A DNA stretch of 64,000 nucleotides, taken from assembly GCA_963674735.2 (NCBI GenBank), contig CAXXQS010000002.1, positions 2,176,001-2,240,000 on the forward strand, given 5' to 3'. This document shows positions 49,241-58,223 of this stretch, one piece after another (position 1 is the stretch's first letter; each line of letters starts with the position of its first letter). A program made the position numbers and the translations under genes. Below the pieces are notes generated by a model, which saw nothing but the letters and a program-made list of their open reading frames with translations, did no database searches and was not told the origin of the DNA. Source of the stretch: Myxococcota bacterium. Lineage in GTDB: Bacteria > Myxococcota_A > SURF-8.

Positions 49241-51334
49241 TTATCGTGGTCTTGGTTTCTCCGGTAGCCGATATATGAAGTAATGACTGGTTTCATGTAA
49301 AAGGGGAAGTTTTAGTTTCAGCAGATCGTTGGATTTCCCTTTTCTCGGGCGTTCGTATACCTCTTTGTTGGTCTTTTTAGGCCATAGAACGTAATCGATA
49401 TCGTATTGACGAGCCAGGCGTTTGATCCGATGAGTTGAGAGGCGCATATAGTTTTTCGTGTCGTTTCCACCCACGCATTCGGATAACCTGAAATCGCGGG
49501 CACGTTGCCACCAGGCCAAGCCGTAATCGATGTCGAAATTGGCTAGGGATCCGTCTTTTTTCGTGACCACCGGCGACCGCATGGCGAGAAAACGGAATGA
49601 AGCCGCCGTGGGGGGAACCATCCATAACGCACCCGGGAGGGTGTTGTCTCGGATCCAGTAACAAACGGCTGCAAAGGGCGACTTCTCAGCGAGATCTTCC
49701 CAGGGGAGGTGAACGCGACGCGCCCAGCCATGGGCGTAGGCGGAAGGGCTGAAACGGTCTTTTTCCGAGATGTCCAGCCAGCCCATGGAATCCACGGATC
49801 GATAGATTAAGAAGAGCAGCAAAAGTACGGTGCCGAAACGAGCGGCGATATTGCGAATCGGCAGACGGTGGACGAGGAACAGCATCGAAACGAAAGCTAA
49901 AGCGTAATAGGCCGCCCGACCCTTTTCAAGGGGGAGTCTGAGCAGATGGGTTCCGTAACTGCGAAAGGGCCATATGTCCGGCCATGGCTGGTCGATGGTG
50001 AGATTGTGCAGCAGCAAGAAGAAGGCCGCGAGTCCTGCCAGTGTCGTGACCGATATCGGGATGACGCGATGGGGGAAATGGAGAAAAGCCTGCGCTCCTT
50101 TTTCCAGACGGTCGCGCCAGATGGCGAGTGGCAGCAGCACAAGCCCCCCGCCGACGAGGCTGGCCGGATGGCGCATCAGGGCCGCGTAAAGCAGAATCAG
50201 AGCTAAAAAGGCATCGAAAGTGTGGCGAGGCGAAATCGTTAATCGGACCACCGCCGCCGCCGCAAAGGCGCTTTCGATCACGAGACCGAACAAGAAAATA
50301 CGTAGGATCTGCATGTGTAGAATGGGTGTCAAGGGCCAGACGGATCCGAACAAGACACCGATGATTCCCCCCAGCAAGCAGCCCCCAAACACCCCCCAGG
50401 CGAAACGGGTCACCGCGCCAGGGAGATTCAGGATCATCAAGCTACCCGGAATCAGAAGCAGAGGAAACCACAGGGTTCCCTTTTTCCAGGCATCCCAGGT
50501 GTTATAGAAATTATAAGGATTCCGGGCTCGTAGAATGGTCAGCCAGTCGTCTGGGGCAACCAGCGGCGCGCTTTCATGCATGCGGAGGATCCAGATGCAA
50601 AGCGGCAGTGCGGCAATGAAACCGACTAAAGTCGCCTGCACGGCTCGTCGCCAATGGATGGCGCGTAGGGACAGTAAAAGGGTCACCATCCAGATCATGC
50701 CGACGAAGATCGCCGTCATGGCGTGGAAGTTGAATAACCAGCCGATCAGAGCGGCAGAGGCGACGAAACGTTGTTTCAGGAGAGGCAGCAAGGCCAGCAT
50801 GGCCAGCGGGATGATGACGGAGCGCGTGGTGACGGCAATATCATAGAGATAGGTGGTGGTTCCACCGATCGGCCAGTTGAACAGCAGAAGGACGGTGGTC
50901 AGCAATCCGGCGGCCGGATGGCGCCCCAGGCGTTCACCCAGGATGTAATAAGCGATGAACTGTAGGATGCGTGAACCGATAAACAGGATGAACAGCATCC
51001 ACTGGAGGCCGACATGAATCTTCAACCAGTTGAGCGACATCCAGAGGTATGTGTAAAAACTCCAGGTTTTTTCCATGACCAAGTCGTTGGGGTGAAACGA
51101 CGATGGACCGAAATAGGTGGTCATATAGGGGATATAAAGTGTTTGGTCGCCCCAGGCGAAGTGATATCCCCGGATGGTGATGGTGGCCACGGCGACCAGC
51201 GCTACCGCCAGGAGATAAGGCCAATGAACCGGCAAATAGTCCATGGCGTCGCGTTGGCACCCTTGGAGTTCTTTGACCAATTGTGCCCAGGTTGTACGAA
51301 TCAATGACAAAAGCTTATCCCATGGGTGGTTCAT
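49241..51334 (-). CDS. Polytopic membrane protein, GT-C glycosyltransferase-like (DUF6798-like C-terminus)
   Basis: WGDQ..YIP....F.PNDL first loop, many TM helices, C-terminal W...NT..GA....PP....FR..A.RS.VV..K...WW.R; start set at ATG 51334. Confidence 0.6.
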   Translation of the reverse strand: MNHPWDKLLSLIRTTWAQLVKELQGCQRDAMDYLPVHWPYLLAVALVAVATITIRGYHFAWGDQTLYIPYMTTYFGPSSFHPNDLVMEKTWSFYTYLWMSLNWLKIHVGLQWMLFILFIGSRILQFIAYYILGERLGRHPAAGLLTTVLLLFNWPIGGTTTYLYDIAVTTRSVIIPLAMLALLPLLKQRFVASAALIGWLFNFHAMTAIFVGMIWMVTLLLSLRAIHWRRAVQATLVGFIAALPLCIWILRMHESAPLVAPDDWLTILRARNPYNFYNTWDAWKKGTLWFPLLLIPGSLMILNLPGAVTRFAWGVFGGCLLGGIIGVLFGSVWPLTPILHMQILRIFLFGLVIESAFAAAAVVRLTISPRHTFDAFLALILLYAALMRHPASLVGGGLVLLPLAIWRDRLEKGAQAFLHFPHRVIPISVTTLAGLAAFFLLLHNLTIDQPWPDIWPFRSYGTHLLRLPLEKGRAAYYALAFVSMLFLVHRLPIRNIAARFGTVLLLLFLIYRSVDSMGWLDISEKDRFSPSAYAHGWARRVHLPWEDLAEKSPFAAVCYWIRDNTLPGALWMVPPTAASFRFLAMRSPVVTKKDGSLANFDIDYGLAWWQRARDFRLSECVGGNDTKNYMRLSTHRIKRLARQYDIDYVLWPKKTNKEVYERPRKGKSNDLLKLKLPLLHETSHYFIYRLPEKPRPR

Positions 51335-51343
51335 GTGGTCGGC

Positions 51344-51373
51344 ATTATAGCCAGCATGACCGGCTGCGGTCAA
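51344..51373 (-). promoter_or_regulatory. Near-consensus sigma70 promoter giving a near-leaderless transcript
   Basis: TTGACC-N18-TATAAT; ATG only 9 nt downstream; no SD. Confidence 0.65.
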
Positions 51374-52290
51374 GTTTGCGGCATGGCCGAAGTTTCAGGT
51401 GTCGCTTGTGTCTGAACAAGGCTGCGTAAAAGGTTCAGATTGCGCCGATCGTCTTCAAGATCGCGTTTCTTCGGGGTTTCGATGATCATCGGACAGTGGC
51501 GAAACGACGGATCATTCAGCAGCAGGCGGAAGGCTTCGAGTCCGAGATGTCCTTCGCCGATATGGGCATGGCGGTCACGGTGTGAATCCAGCTTTCCGTG
51601 GGAATCGTTCAGATGCACGGCTTGTACCTGTTCGAGCCCGAAACCGGCGTCCATTTGCTGCATGCTGGCGCGGTAAGTGCGTTCGGTTCGCAGATCGTAG
51701 CCTGCAGCGAAAAGATGGCAGGTATCGAGACAGATTCCCAGGCGCTTGGGCATCGCAAGGAGGTCGAGCAGGTCGCCCAGTTCCTCCGCCCGCGCTCCCA
51801 GGCAGTGCCCTTGACCGGCGGTGGATTCCAGCAGCAGTCGCGGAGAATCGTCGCCCACTTTTTCGAATGCGCGCCGGATGGCCTCGCTCGCTCGCCGGAG
51901 TCCGTTTTCGACGCCTTCTCCTTTGTGTGAGCCGGGATGCAGCACCAGTGTGGGAATACCGAGAATTGCGCAACGACGAAAGTCATCCGCCAGCCCTTCA
52001 ATCGAACGGGTCCATACCTGCTCATCGGGCGAGGCCGGGTTGATGAGATAGCTGGCATGAGCCAGGATCGCCTGCTTGCCGAAGTGGTGGGCGTGTTCGC
52101 GGAAACGCTCGACCTCCTCTTCGTCCAAAGCGCGATTTTGCCATCGGGTGTTGTTCTTAACGAAAACCTGCAGGGCGGTTCCGCCCACGGCTTCACAGCG
52201 TGTCAGGGCTTTCGAGATTCCTCCGGCGATGGACTGATGAGCCCCCAGCCGCGGCAGCGCAGAAGTCTGATCAGTGGCTGATTGGGGCAT
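51370..52290 (-). CDS. nfo: Endonuclease IV
   Basis: LGAHQSIAGG, HASYLIN, LHPGS, LESTAGQG, CLDTCHLFAAGYD, HLNDS, DRHAHIGEG, IETP. Confidence 0.96.
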   Translation of the reverse strand: MPQSATDQTSALPRLGAHQSIAGGISKALTRCEAVGGTALQVFVKNNTRWQNRALDEEEVERFREHAHHFGKQAILAHASYLINPASPDEQVWTRSIEGLADDFRRCAILGIPTLVLHPGSHKGEGVENGLRRASEAIRRAFEKVGDDSPRLLLESTAGQGHCLGARAEELGDLLDLLAMPKRLGICLDTCHLFAAGYDLRTERTYRASMQQMDAGFGLEQVQAVHLNDSHGKLDSHRDRHAHIGEGHLGLEAFRLLLNDPSFRHCPMIIETPKKRDLEDDRRNLNLLRSLVQTQATPETSAMPQT

Positions 52291-52296
52291 GATGCG

Positions 52297-52644
52297 TCAA
52301 CGACGAAGGGGAAGACGCCAGGTTGCGCTTCCCGAGCCACCGGTGTTTTTACGTGGCTGGTTGTTCGACTGGGGAAAGGCGGCTTTGCGCCATATCACGA
52401 TTTCCGGCGTCGAGAGTGCACAGACCCACGTGCCGGGAAACCAAAGCGCCTGTCCCATATCGTTGATTCTGGGCGCTAACGGCGTTCCGTGATGGAAATT
52501 GTTGGTGACGACCCAGGTGGCGGTTTTGTGGGTAAGCTGTCTTCCGGGTGGGGGACGAAACGCTTGGGGTTTTGAAGGGGTGTCGGATCGTTCGGCCGGA
52601 AGAGCGGGTGTGGGTCGGTTCTGTTTTTGTTGGGCTTTACGCAA
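52297..52644 (-). CDS. Putative orphan protein (~115 aa)
   Basis: Fills the gap between a terminator and nfo; AAGGTG before TTG; stop 6 nt before the nfo start; GC-ending codons in the core; no recognisable motif. Confidence 0.4.
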   Translation of the reverse strand: MRKAQQKQNRPTPALPAERSDTPSKPQAFRPPPGRQLTHKTATWVVTNNFHHGTPLAPRINDMGQALWFPGTWVCALSTPEIVIWRKAAFPQSNNQPRKNTGGSGSATWRLPLRR

Positions 52645-52696
52645 TGGGATCACCTTATGTTGAGCATACTTATTGAAGGCAAGGCCCGAGATTACC

Positions 52697-52727
52697 AAAA
52701 AAACCGGGCGCGTTACGTTGCGCCCGG
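52697..52727 (-). terminator. Intrinsic terminator
   Basis: Minus strand CCGGGCGCA-ACGTAA-CGCGCCCGG followed by T7. Confidence 0.8.
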
Positions 52728-52753
52728 CTGTCGAATCTTTGAACAAAGAGCTT

Positions 52754-53860
52754 TTACTTGGCGCGCAGAATCTTGTAGCTGGCCTGTTTCCCTTGGATCT
52801 TCATGATACCGGCCATGCCGCGGGAGATGCTTCCGTCGTTCATGTTCCACGGATCCGAGTCGCAGGGACCGGGATTGAGGAACAAGTTGTTGTACGGTTT
52901 ACCCGCTTCCAGCACCGTTTTGTGATCGGGACCGACCGCTTTTCCACCCGCCTCGTGGATGTTGCCGAAAATACCGAAAGGAATGTTGGCATCGGCAATC
53001 AGCTTGGTGATGCGCGGATCCCCGACATTTCCGGCTTCAACGGCGTTGTCGATGGCATCTTTTCCCGCACCGCGGGGTGGCCCATGGCTTACGAGAAGCG
53101 CGGAGTTTTTCACTTCCGCCACGAGTTTCTGCGTTTCGGCGACCTGAGCTTCACCGTAGTTGCAGGCAGGCGGATGATGGATGTAATTCGCGTCGTAATA
53201 GCCCGGAAGGGAAACCAGCGTCACCGCTCCCAGGTCCGCCAGGCGTACCCGGTTGAGATTGACGAGGTTTTTGTATTGGGCCTGGACCTCGGTGACGGCT
53301 TTAACGTAGTCGTCCTTGATTTCACGGTTGCCGATGATGACGAAAGTCAGCAGGCCGTGTTTGGCGATCGTTTCCAGGACGGACTTGAGCGCCGCGTATT
53401 TTTCCGAAACGTCACCAGTCAGCAGGATCGCATCCACGCCCTCTTTTTTGAAGGTGTCGATGAAGCTGTTGATGTTGCTCAAGTTCTTCGGGATGTTGTT
53501 TTTAATGTCCGTCAGAACTCCCAGAACCAGCGGTTTGGCTGCATCGGCGTTGAGCGCCTTGAGACGGTAGCCGTTAACCACTTGATACTTCTTGCCGTTT
53601 GCCTCGATGGTGAGGGCGGCGGCGGCCGGGTCGTCATGACCGAAGCAGTCGGGATTGACGGCCGGAGCGGTCTTGACGGTTTTTTCGGACGCTTTCTTTT
53701 TGGCTTCATCAGCCTTCTTTTTGGCGTCTACCGCATTTTGTTCTTTCTTTTCGACCACCTGGGGCTTCTTGTCTTTGTAAGACTTCTCACATCCCGTCAA
53801 AAAAGATGCAGAGAAGGTCAGCGCCACCAGGATGACCAACAACAATTGAAGGTGTTTCAT
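52754..53860 (-). CDS. Lipoprotein with Icc-like metallophosphoesterase fold and degenerate metal ligands
   Basis: Lipobox LTGC, Lys-rich linker; TDIK, TGDVSE, GNRE, SHGPP, GNIHE, LNPG. Confidence 0.8.
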   Translation of the reverse strand: MKHLQLLLVILVALTFSASFLTGCEKSYKDKKPQVVEKKEQNAVDAKKKADEAKKKASEKTVKTAPAVNPDCFGHDDPAAAALTIEANGKKYQVVNGYRLKALNADAAKPLVLGVLTDIKNNIPKNLSNINSFIDTFKKEGVDAILLTGDVSEKYAALKSVLETIAKHGLLTFVIIGNREIKDDYVKAVTEVQAQYKNLVNLNRVRLADLGAVTLVSLPGYYDANYIHHPPACNYGEAQVAETQKLVAEVKNSALLVSHGPPRGAGKDAIDNAVEAGNVGDPRITKLIADANIPFGIFGNIHEAGGKAVGPDHKTVLEAGKPYNNLFLNPGPCDSDPWNMNDGSISRGMAGIMKIQGKQASYKILRAK

Positions 53861-54022
53861 GGTCTCTCCTTACCTCTTCAATCTGTGCATTACGGCTCAT
53901 TACCCCGAAACTTATGGTGATTTGCGTAGATTAGGGGTCGTTTCGGGAAACAGAGTATAACGAATCGCGCACGGGAGTAAAGAACTTTTTCCAGGTTTGA
54001 TCTTTCCCCCGCGAGTTTCTCT

Positions 54023-55021
54023 TCATTGACAGGCTTCCAGCCCCGGTGCCGGCGGGCTATAAATGCCTGCGCTTTGGTAGCCCTCGCAGTCCTCTTCGAT
54101 CAACCGTTGCCGGTCGTACCATTCGGTGGAACCGTCCGGACAATAAACGGTAACGGTTTCCGTTAGCAGATCGACGGAATAGCTGCCCAGGGTATTTCCG
54201 GAGTTGTCATAGTAAATCATAACGCCGTTGATCATATCGGGGACGATTCTGTAGCAGTATCCCTGCGGTGACAAGGCTTCATAGCTGGTGCTGGGATCGG
54301 TGTACCAACGCCAGGTCGAACCGTCGGAGAACAGAAACTCATACCCTATGATCTCGTCTTCGTCTTTGATGTACGAGCAGGAAGAGAAGGATTCCGCAGG
54401 ATTGAGCTTGTCGAAGCAGGTCATGCTTTCATACATGCAACCTTCTTTGAATGCGGCACAGCCCAGTTTCTCGCCGGTGCCATCGCCGTCCACGACGCTG
54501 CTGGGGATGCAATCCCCGTCATCGCAAATCAGCCCGCTTGAGGGGCAATCCGCGTCGACCACACACGACAGGCAAACATAGTTGGTGAGGTCGCAAAGAT
54601 TCGATTCGCAATCCTCATGGGCATTACATTCACGCGAGATGCAATAGCCCTGATAACACGTGTGATCGAAACGGGTGCAGTCTGCGCTTTCGGTGCAGCT
54701 TTTCTGACGGCAGATCAGGTCGATGCAGTATTTCGGGTCGTCGCAGTCATTGTCGATGCTACATTCGACTTCTTTGCAGCAGCCGCGTTCGGTGAGGCAC
54801 GAATAACCCGAAGGACAGTCGCTGCGGGTTTCGCAGGGGGTGCAGGCCTCGCAAAATCCGTCCGGTGAGCAGGTGTTTCCGGTGGGACAATCCTCATCCA
54901 GCGTACAATCGACCTGATCGTCGATCCCATCGTCGTCTTCGTCCGAGCCGCAAGCCCAGATCCCCAGTAGAATGACCATCATGGATAAGGCCAAAGATCC
55001 ATACAACCCGATTCGACTCAT
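54023..55021 (-). CDS. Cys-rich lipoprotein with six 4-Cys (C-x2-D-x-D-C) modules
   Basis: Lipobox IWAC; CTLDEDCPTGNTC, CETRSDC, CSIDNDC, CTESADC, CNAHEDC, CVVDADC; VDGDG linker; GAGGTG SD. Confidence 0.82.
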   Translation of the reverse strand: MSRIGLYGSLALSMMVILLGIWACGSDEDDDGIDDQVDCTLDEDCPTGNTCSPDGFCEACTPCETRSDCPSGYSCLTERGCCKEVECSIDNDCDDPKYCIDLICRQKSCTESADCTRFDHTCYQGYCISRECNAHEDCESNLCDLTNYVCLSCVVDADCPSSGLICDDGDCIPSSVVDGDGTGEKLGCAAFKEGCMYESMTCFDKLNPAESFSSCSYIKDEDEIIGYEFLFSDGSTWRWYTDPSTSYEALSPQGYCYRIVPDMINGVMIYYDNSGNTLGSYSVDLLTETVTVYCPDGSTEWYDRQRLIEEDCEGYQSAGIYSPPAPGLEACQ

Positions 55022-55059
55022 GAGACACCTCGCTTTTCATCCCATTTTCCGTGTCATGA

Positions 55060-55157
55060 TCTATAGCGGATGTGGGTCGGGACGTCAAGTTCTGCGGTCA
55101 ACAGAAAGGATAAAAGTTATGGGAAAACTTGACGTTCCATACTCAAACATTCACAAT
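55060..55157. promoter_or_regulatory. Divergent sigma70-type promoter pair
   Basis: Minus: TTGACG-N17-TATAGA (55088-55060); plus: TTGACG-N17-CACAAT (55129-55157). Confidence 0.6.
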
Positions 55158-55206
55158 GACCTGATTGAATGAAACCGCGCACAAAAAACGGGAGAAGGAG
55201 GAGCGG

Positions 55207-55596
55207 ATGCCTGCCTTGGGGAGAATGCTGCGACAGCGGCGGGGAGCCAGTTCTTTGGGGAATCTCGGGATTTCGATCGGTATTGTGGTTGTCATTACGG
55301 CATTGTACGTTTTTGTGCCACCTTACTTCAACAACTGGAAACTGGGAACCATGCTTCGGTCGGTGGCCGAAAAATCGGCGGGACTCGAGTCGGCCGAGGC
55401 TGTCACCCTATATGCCATCGAGGAACTCAAACAGCAGAACTATTACTTCAGACCGGAAAACATGAAGGTCAAGAAGGAAGGGCGGTTTGTGGATATTGCC
55501 GTCCATTACAAGGTGGATGCCTTCATACCATTCACGGATTTCGGGTTGACTATCGCCTTTGAACGGGAAGGCAGCAACCGCGGATTCAACAACTAA
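55207..55596 (+). CDS. Pilin-like membrane protein (DUF4845-like)
   Basis: GAAGGAGG SD; RQRRG|ASSLG followed by a hydrophobic helix and VPPYF; I.V.Y.V..FIP C-terminal strands. Confidence 0.65.
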   Translation: MPALGRMLRQRRGASSLGNLGISIGIVVVITALYVFVPPYFNNWKLGTMLRSVAEKSAGLESAEAVTLYAIEELKQQNYYFRPENMKVKKEGRFVDIAVHYKVDAFIPFTDFGLTIAFEREGSNRGFNN

Positions 55597-55676
55597 CTTC
55601 GGATGCTTGCTTTCAATCGGACGGGGGTGTAAGATGCGCGCGCGGTTACGTGTTTGAACGTGCGTAAGGAGGTCTT

Positions 55677-56231
55677 GTGAAACGGAGTTGGTGTGCATGG
55701 TTTATCGGTCTGGCGGCGGGGCTTTTTGCCTGCGGCGATGGGAGTACGCCGATTCCGATACTGGAAGATCAAACCTTCGAATTGTTGGATGATTGCGTGA
55801 CGGATTTCAGCGCCGAAGAAGGGGATTGCCTGTCGATCGTGGACGGGCGGGTGGAACCCTTTTGCAGCGCTCGCGAAGATCAATGCGTGGAACATTTTTA
55901 CGTTACGGAAAATCGAGGCCGCCCGTTTTTTGTCCATGTCAATGCCTATTATCCCTGTTATCCCCAATGGGTCTTCGATCGCTATAACGACGCGGAATCG
56001 GATTTCTTTCTGAGTGATGTTTACCGCAAAGTCAGTTTGGAATTAGCGTCGGATGTGGTTGATGACAACGTTCATATCATTGAAGTCTTGCGCGATCCGG
56101 ACATCCAGACCGACGGTATGTGTTACTATCGTCTCGAAGCCAGTATTACCGATCTGACTCGTGGCGAATACAATCTGACTCTCTGGAATCCCAAGCACGA
56201 ATTGATTCTGCGCACCGTCTTCACCAAATAA
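55677..56231 (+). CDS. Hypothetical lipoprotein
   Basis: AAGGAGG SD before GTG; lipobox LFAC; Cys pairs; CYY.LEASITDL..GEYNL. Confidence 0.75.
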   Translation: MKRSWCAWFIGLAAGLFACGDGSTPIPILEDQTFELLDDCVTDFSAEEGDCLSIVDGRVEPFCSAREDQCVEHFYVTENRGRPFFVHVNAYYPCYPQWVFDRYNDAESDFFLSDVYRKVSLELASDVVDDNVHIIEVLRDPDIQTDGMCYYRLEASITDLTRGEYNLTLWNPKHELILRTVFTK

Positions 56232-56250
56232 ACGACGGAGGCGACTGACC

Positions 56251-57057
56251 ATGCAAGGTTCCAGCGCCCCCGCCGCCATTTACCCGCCGAATTTGGTTGT
56301 TCGGGCGCTGATGTCCGTTTTGACCTTCTTTGCCGAAACCGGGCGTATTGTCCGGTTTTTCATTCGTATTCTGCAAACTACTGTCACCCATTTACCGCCC
56401 AGACGCGAGTTTCTTCAGCAACTCTTCGAAGTCGGCATCGATTCGCTACCGGTTTTGGCTGCGGTCTCCGTGTTTATCGGGATGAACGTCGCATTGGAAG
56501 GTTATGCCACCTTTCTCAGCTTCGGCGGTGAGTCGATGGTGGGGGTTTTCGCCGGTTTGACGGAAGTACGTGAGTTGTGCCCAGCGATCGCGGCCGGTAT
56601 TCTAACGGCCAAAGCGGGGACGCGTATGGCGGCTTCCATCGGATTGATGCGCATCAAGGAGCAGATCGACGCTCTGGAAGTGATGGCGGTCGATCCGATG
56701 CAATACATTGTTTTACCGCGCTTTCTGGCGACGGTCATCATGATTCCCTGTCTGATCCTCGTTTCCGATGCCTTGGCCATCGGGGCTACGTATGTGGTCA
56801 GTACGGTGCAATTGGATCTTGATCCGGGATCTTTCTGGAGCTACACGGTCAGCTACATTCACTTCAGCGATATCATCAACGGTATGATCAAGGGCGTTTG
56901 TTTCGGGGCCATCATCGCCGCCATGAGCTGTTATTTCGGGTTTGTGGCCGAGCGCGGGCCCGAAGGCGTCGGTCGCGCCACCAATAAAGCGGTGGTGATT
57001 ACCGGGTTGGTTGTCATTCTGGTGAACTTGTTGTTGACGGACATCATGTACAATTAA
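56251..57057 (+). CDS. mlaE: MlaE-family lipid ABC transporter permease
   Basis: GIDSLP, RELCP, AG...AASIG.M..KEQIDALEVMAVDP..Y.VLPR, GVGRAT.KAVV. Confidence 0.92.
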   Translation: MQGSSAPAAIYPPNLVVRALMSVLTFFAETGRIVRFFIRILQTTVTHLPPRREFLQQLFEVGIDSLPVLAAVSVFIGMNVALEGYATFLSFGGESMVGVFAGLTEVRELCPAIAAGILTAKAGTRMAASIGLMRIKEQIDALEVMAVDPMQYIVLPRFLATVIMIPCLILVSDALAIGATYVVSTVQLDLDPGSFWSYTVSYIHFSDIINGMIKGVCFGAIIAAMSCYFGFVAERGPEGVGRATNKAVVITGLVVILVNLLLTDIMYN

Positions 57058-57061
57058 ACGC

Positions 57062-57757
57062 ATGGAGCGGATGGCCATGGCGAAGACGGTCTGGTTGGCC
57101 TGGAGCGGTGGCAAAGACAGCGCGGCAGCTTTGGACGCGTTGCGAAAAGATCGCCGTTTCAAGGTGACAGCCCTGCTGACCACCGTCACCGAGGATGTGG
57201 AGCGTATCAGCATGCATGGTGTGCGTTTGACGCTTCTGAAAGCCCAGGCGGCGGCGGTTGGACTGCCCCTGGAGATCGTTTGGATTCCGGCTTCCTGCAG
57301 CAATGCGATTTATGAACGGCGGATGCGTGCGGCGTTGGAGCGGGGCCGTGAAAACGGCCTATCCGGTGTGGCTTTCGGTGATTTGTTTCTGGAAGATTTA
57401 CGCCGCTATCGCGAGGAACGTCTGGCTGAAGTGGGGTTGAAGGCTTTCTTTCCGATCTGGAGCCGAGACACAGCCGGGCTGGCGCGGCATTTCATCGAGC
57501 AGGGCTTTCGTGCCATCCTGACTTGTGTCGATACCGAGGCGTTGGATGGCGGTTTTGCCGGTCGTGGCTACACCCGTTCGTTGTTGAGTGATTTACCGCG
57601 TCGTGTGGACCCTTGCGGCGAAAACGGCGAATTTCACAGCTTTGTTTACGATGGTCCGATCTTTTCGGCTCCCGTTGCCTGTCACCGAGGCTTGATGGTG
57701 CTGCGGGATGGACGCTTCATGTACTGCGATCTCCTGCCTGATGAAACCGCCCGGTAA
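57062..57757 (+). CDS. PP-loop ATPase, diphthine-ammonia ligase/MJ0570-related family
   Basis: WSGGKDS, MHGV, FGDLFLED...YRE, DPCGENGEFHSFVYDGPIF; true start may be ATG 57077. Confidence 0.9.
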   Translation: MERMAMAKTVWLAWSGGKDSAAALDALRKDRRFKVTALLTTVTEDVERISMHGVRLTLLKAQAAAVGLPLEIVWIPASCSNAIYERRMRAALERGRENGLSGVAFGDLFLEDLRRYREERLAEVGLKAFFPIWSRDTAGLARHFIEQGFRAILTCVDTEALDGGFAGRGYTRSLLSDLPRRVDPCGENGEFHSFVYDGPIFSAPVACHRGLMVLRDGRFMYCDLLPDETAR

Positions 57758-57870
57758 TTCACCTTCGTTTGACTTGCATGTCATGGCTTTGCATGTTAAC
57801 GGGGGAAGTGGGTCATCTTTTCTTTGCAATTATTCTGTTTTTTGTGTTTGAGACAAAGAGGGAGGCATCC

Positions 57871-58161
57871 ATGCGGCGACGTTCAAGTTGGCTGGAACTC
57901 GCTATTTCGATTCTGATTATGGTGCTTGTGCTCTATTTCCTGTTGGAGTACGCCAACAGAACCGACGATGGTGTTTCCGAGTCCTTCGAAGCAACGGTCG
58001 AGGATGTAAACGGCGGTTTGAGAGAGCGTTATAAAGCCGATACCGGTATGGACTTGTTCAACGAATACGAAGAAGACAATCGCCGTTTCATCCCCACGGA
58101 AGAGCTCATCGAACAAGGAAAAAACGAACCGTCTTTCGTTCCAACCTATCCCGATCATTGA
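57871..58161 (+). CDS. Small single-TM hypothetical protein with pilin-like N-terminus
   Basis: GGAGG SD; MRRRSSWLELAISILIMVLVLYFLL; followed by a terminator. Confidence 0.7.
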   Translation: MRRRSSWLELAISILIMVLVLYFLLEYANRTDDGVSESFEATVEDVNGGLRERYKADTGMDLFNEYEEDNRRFIPTEELIEQGKNEPSFVPTYPDH

Positions 58162-58163
58162 TG

Positions 58164-58193
58164 AAAATGCCCGACCTTATCAAGGCCGGGCAT
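58164..58193. terminator. Hairpin terminator between convergent genes
   Basis: ATGCCCGACCTT-ATC-AAGGCCGGGCAT with A4 on its left. Confidence 0.65.
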
Positions 58194-58223
58194 AGATGAT
58201 ATCAAGATCGATTGAGCGGGTGC

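Noticed and set aside
52673-53920. Long antisense ORFs (this one, also 14854-16026, 17740-19356, 19513-20799, 21130-22266, 25882-27075, 58212-59327)
   Set aside because: Shadow frames of GC3-biased real genes; no motifs or convincing starts
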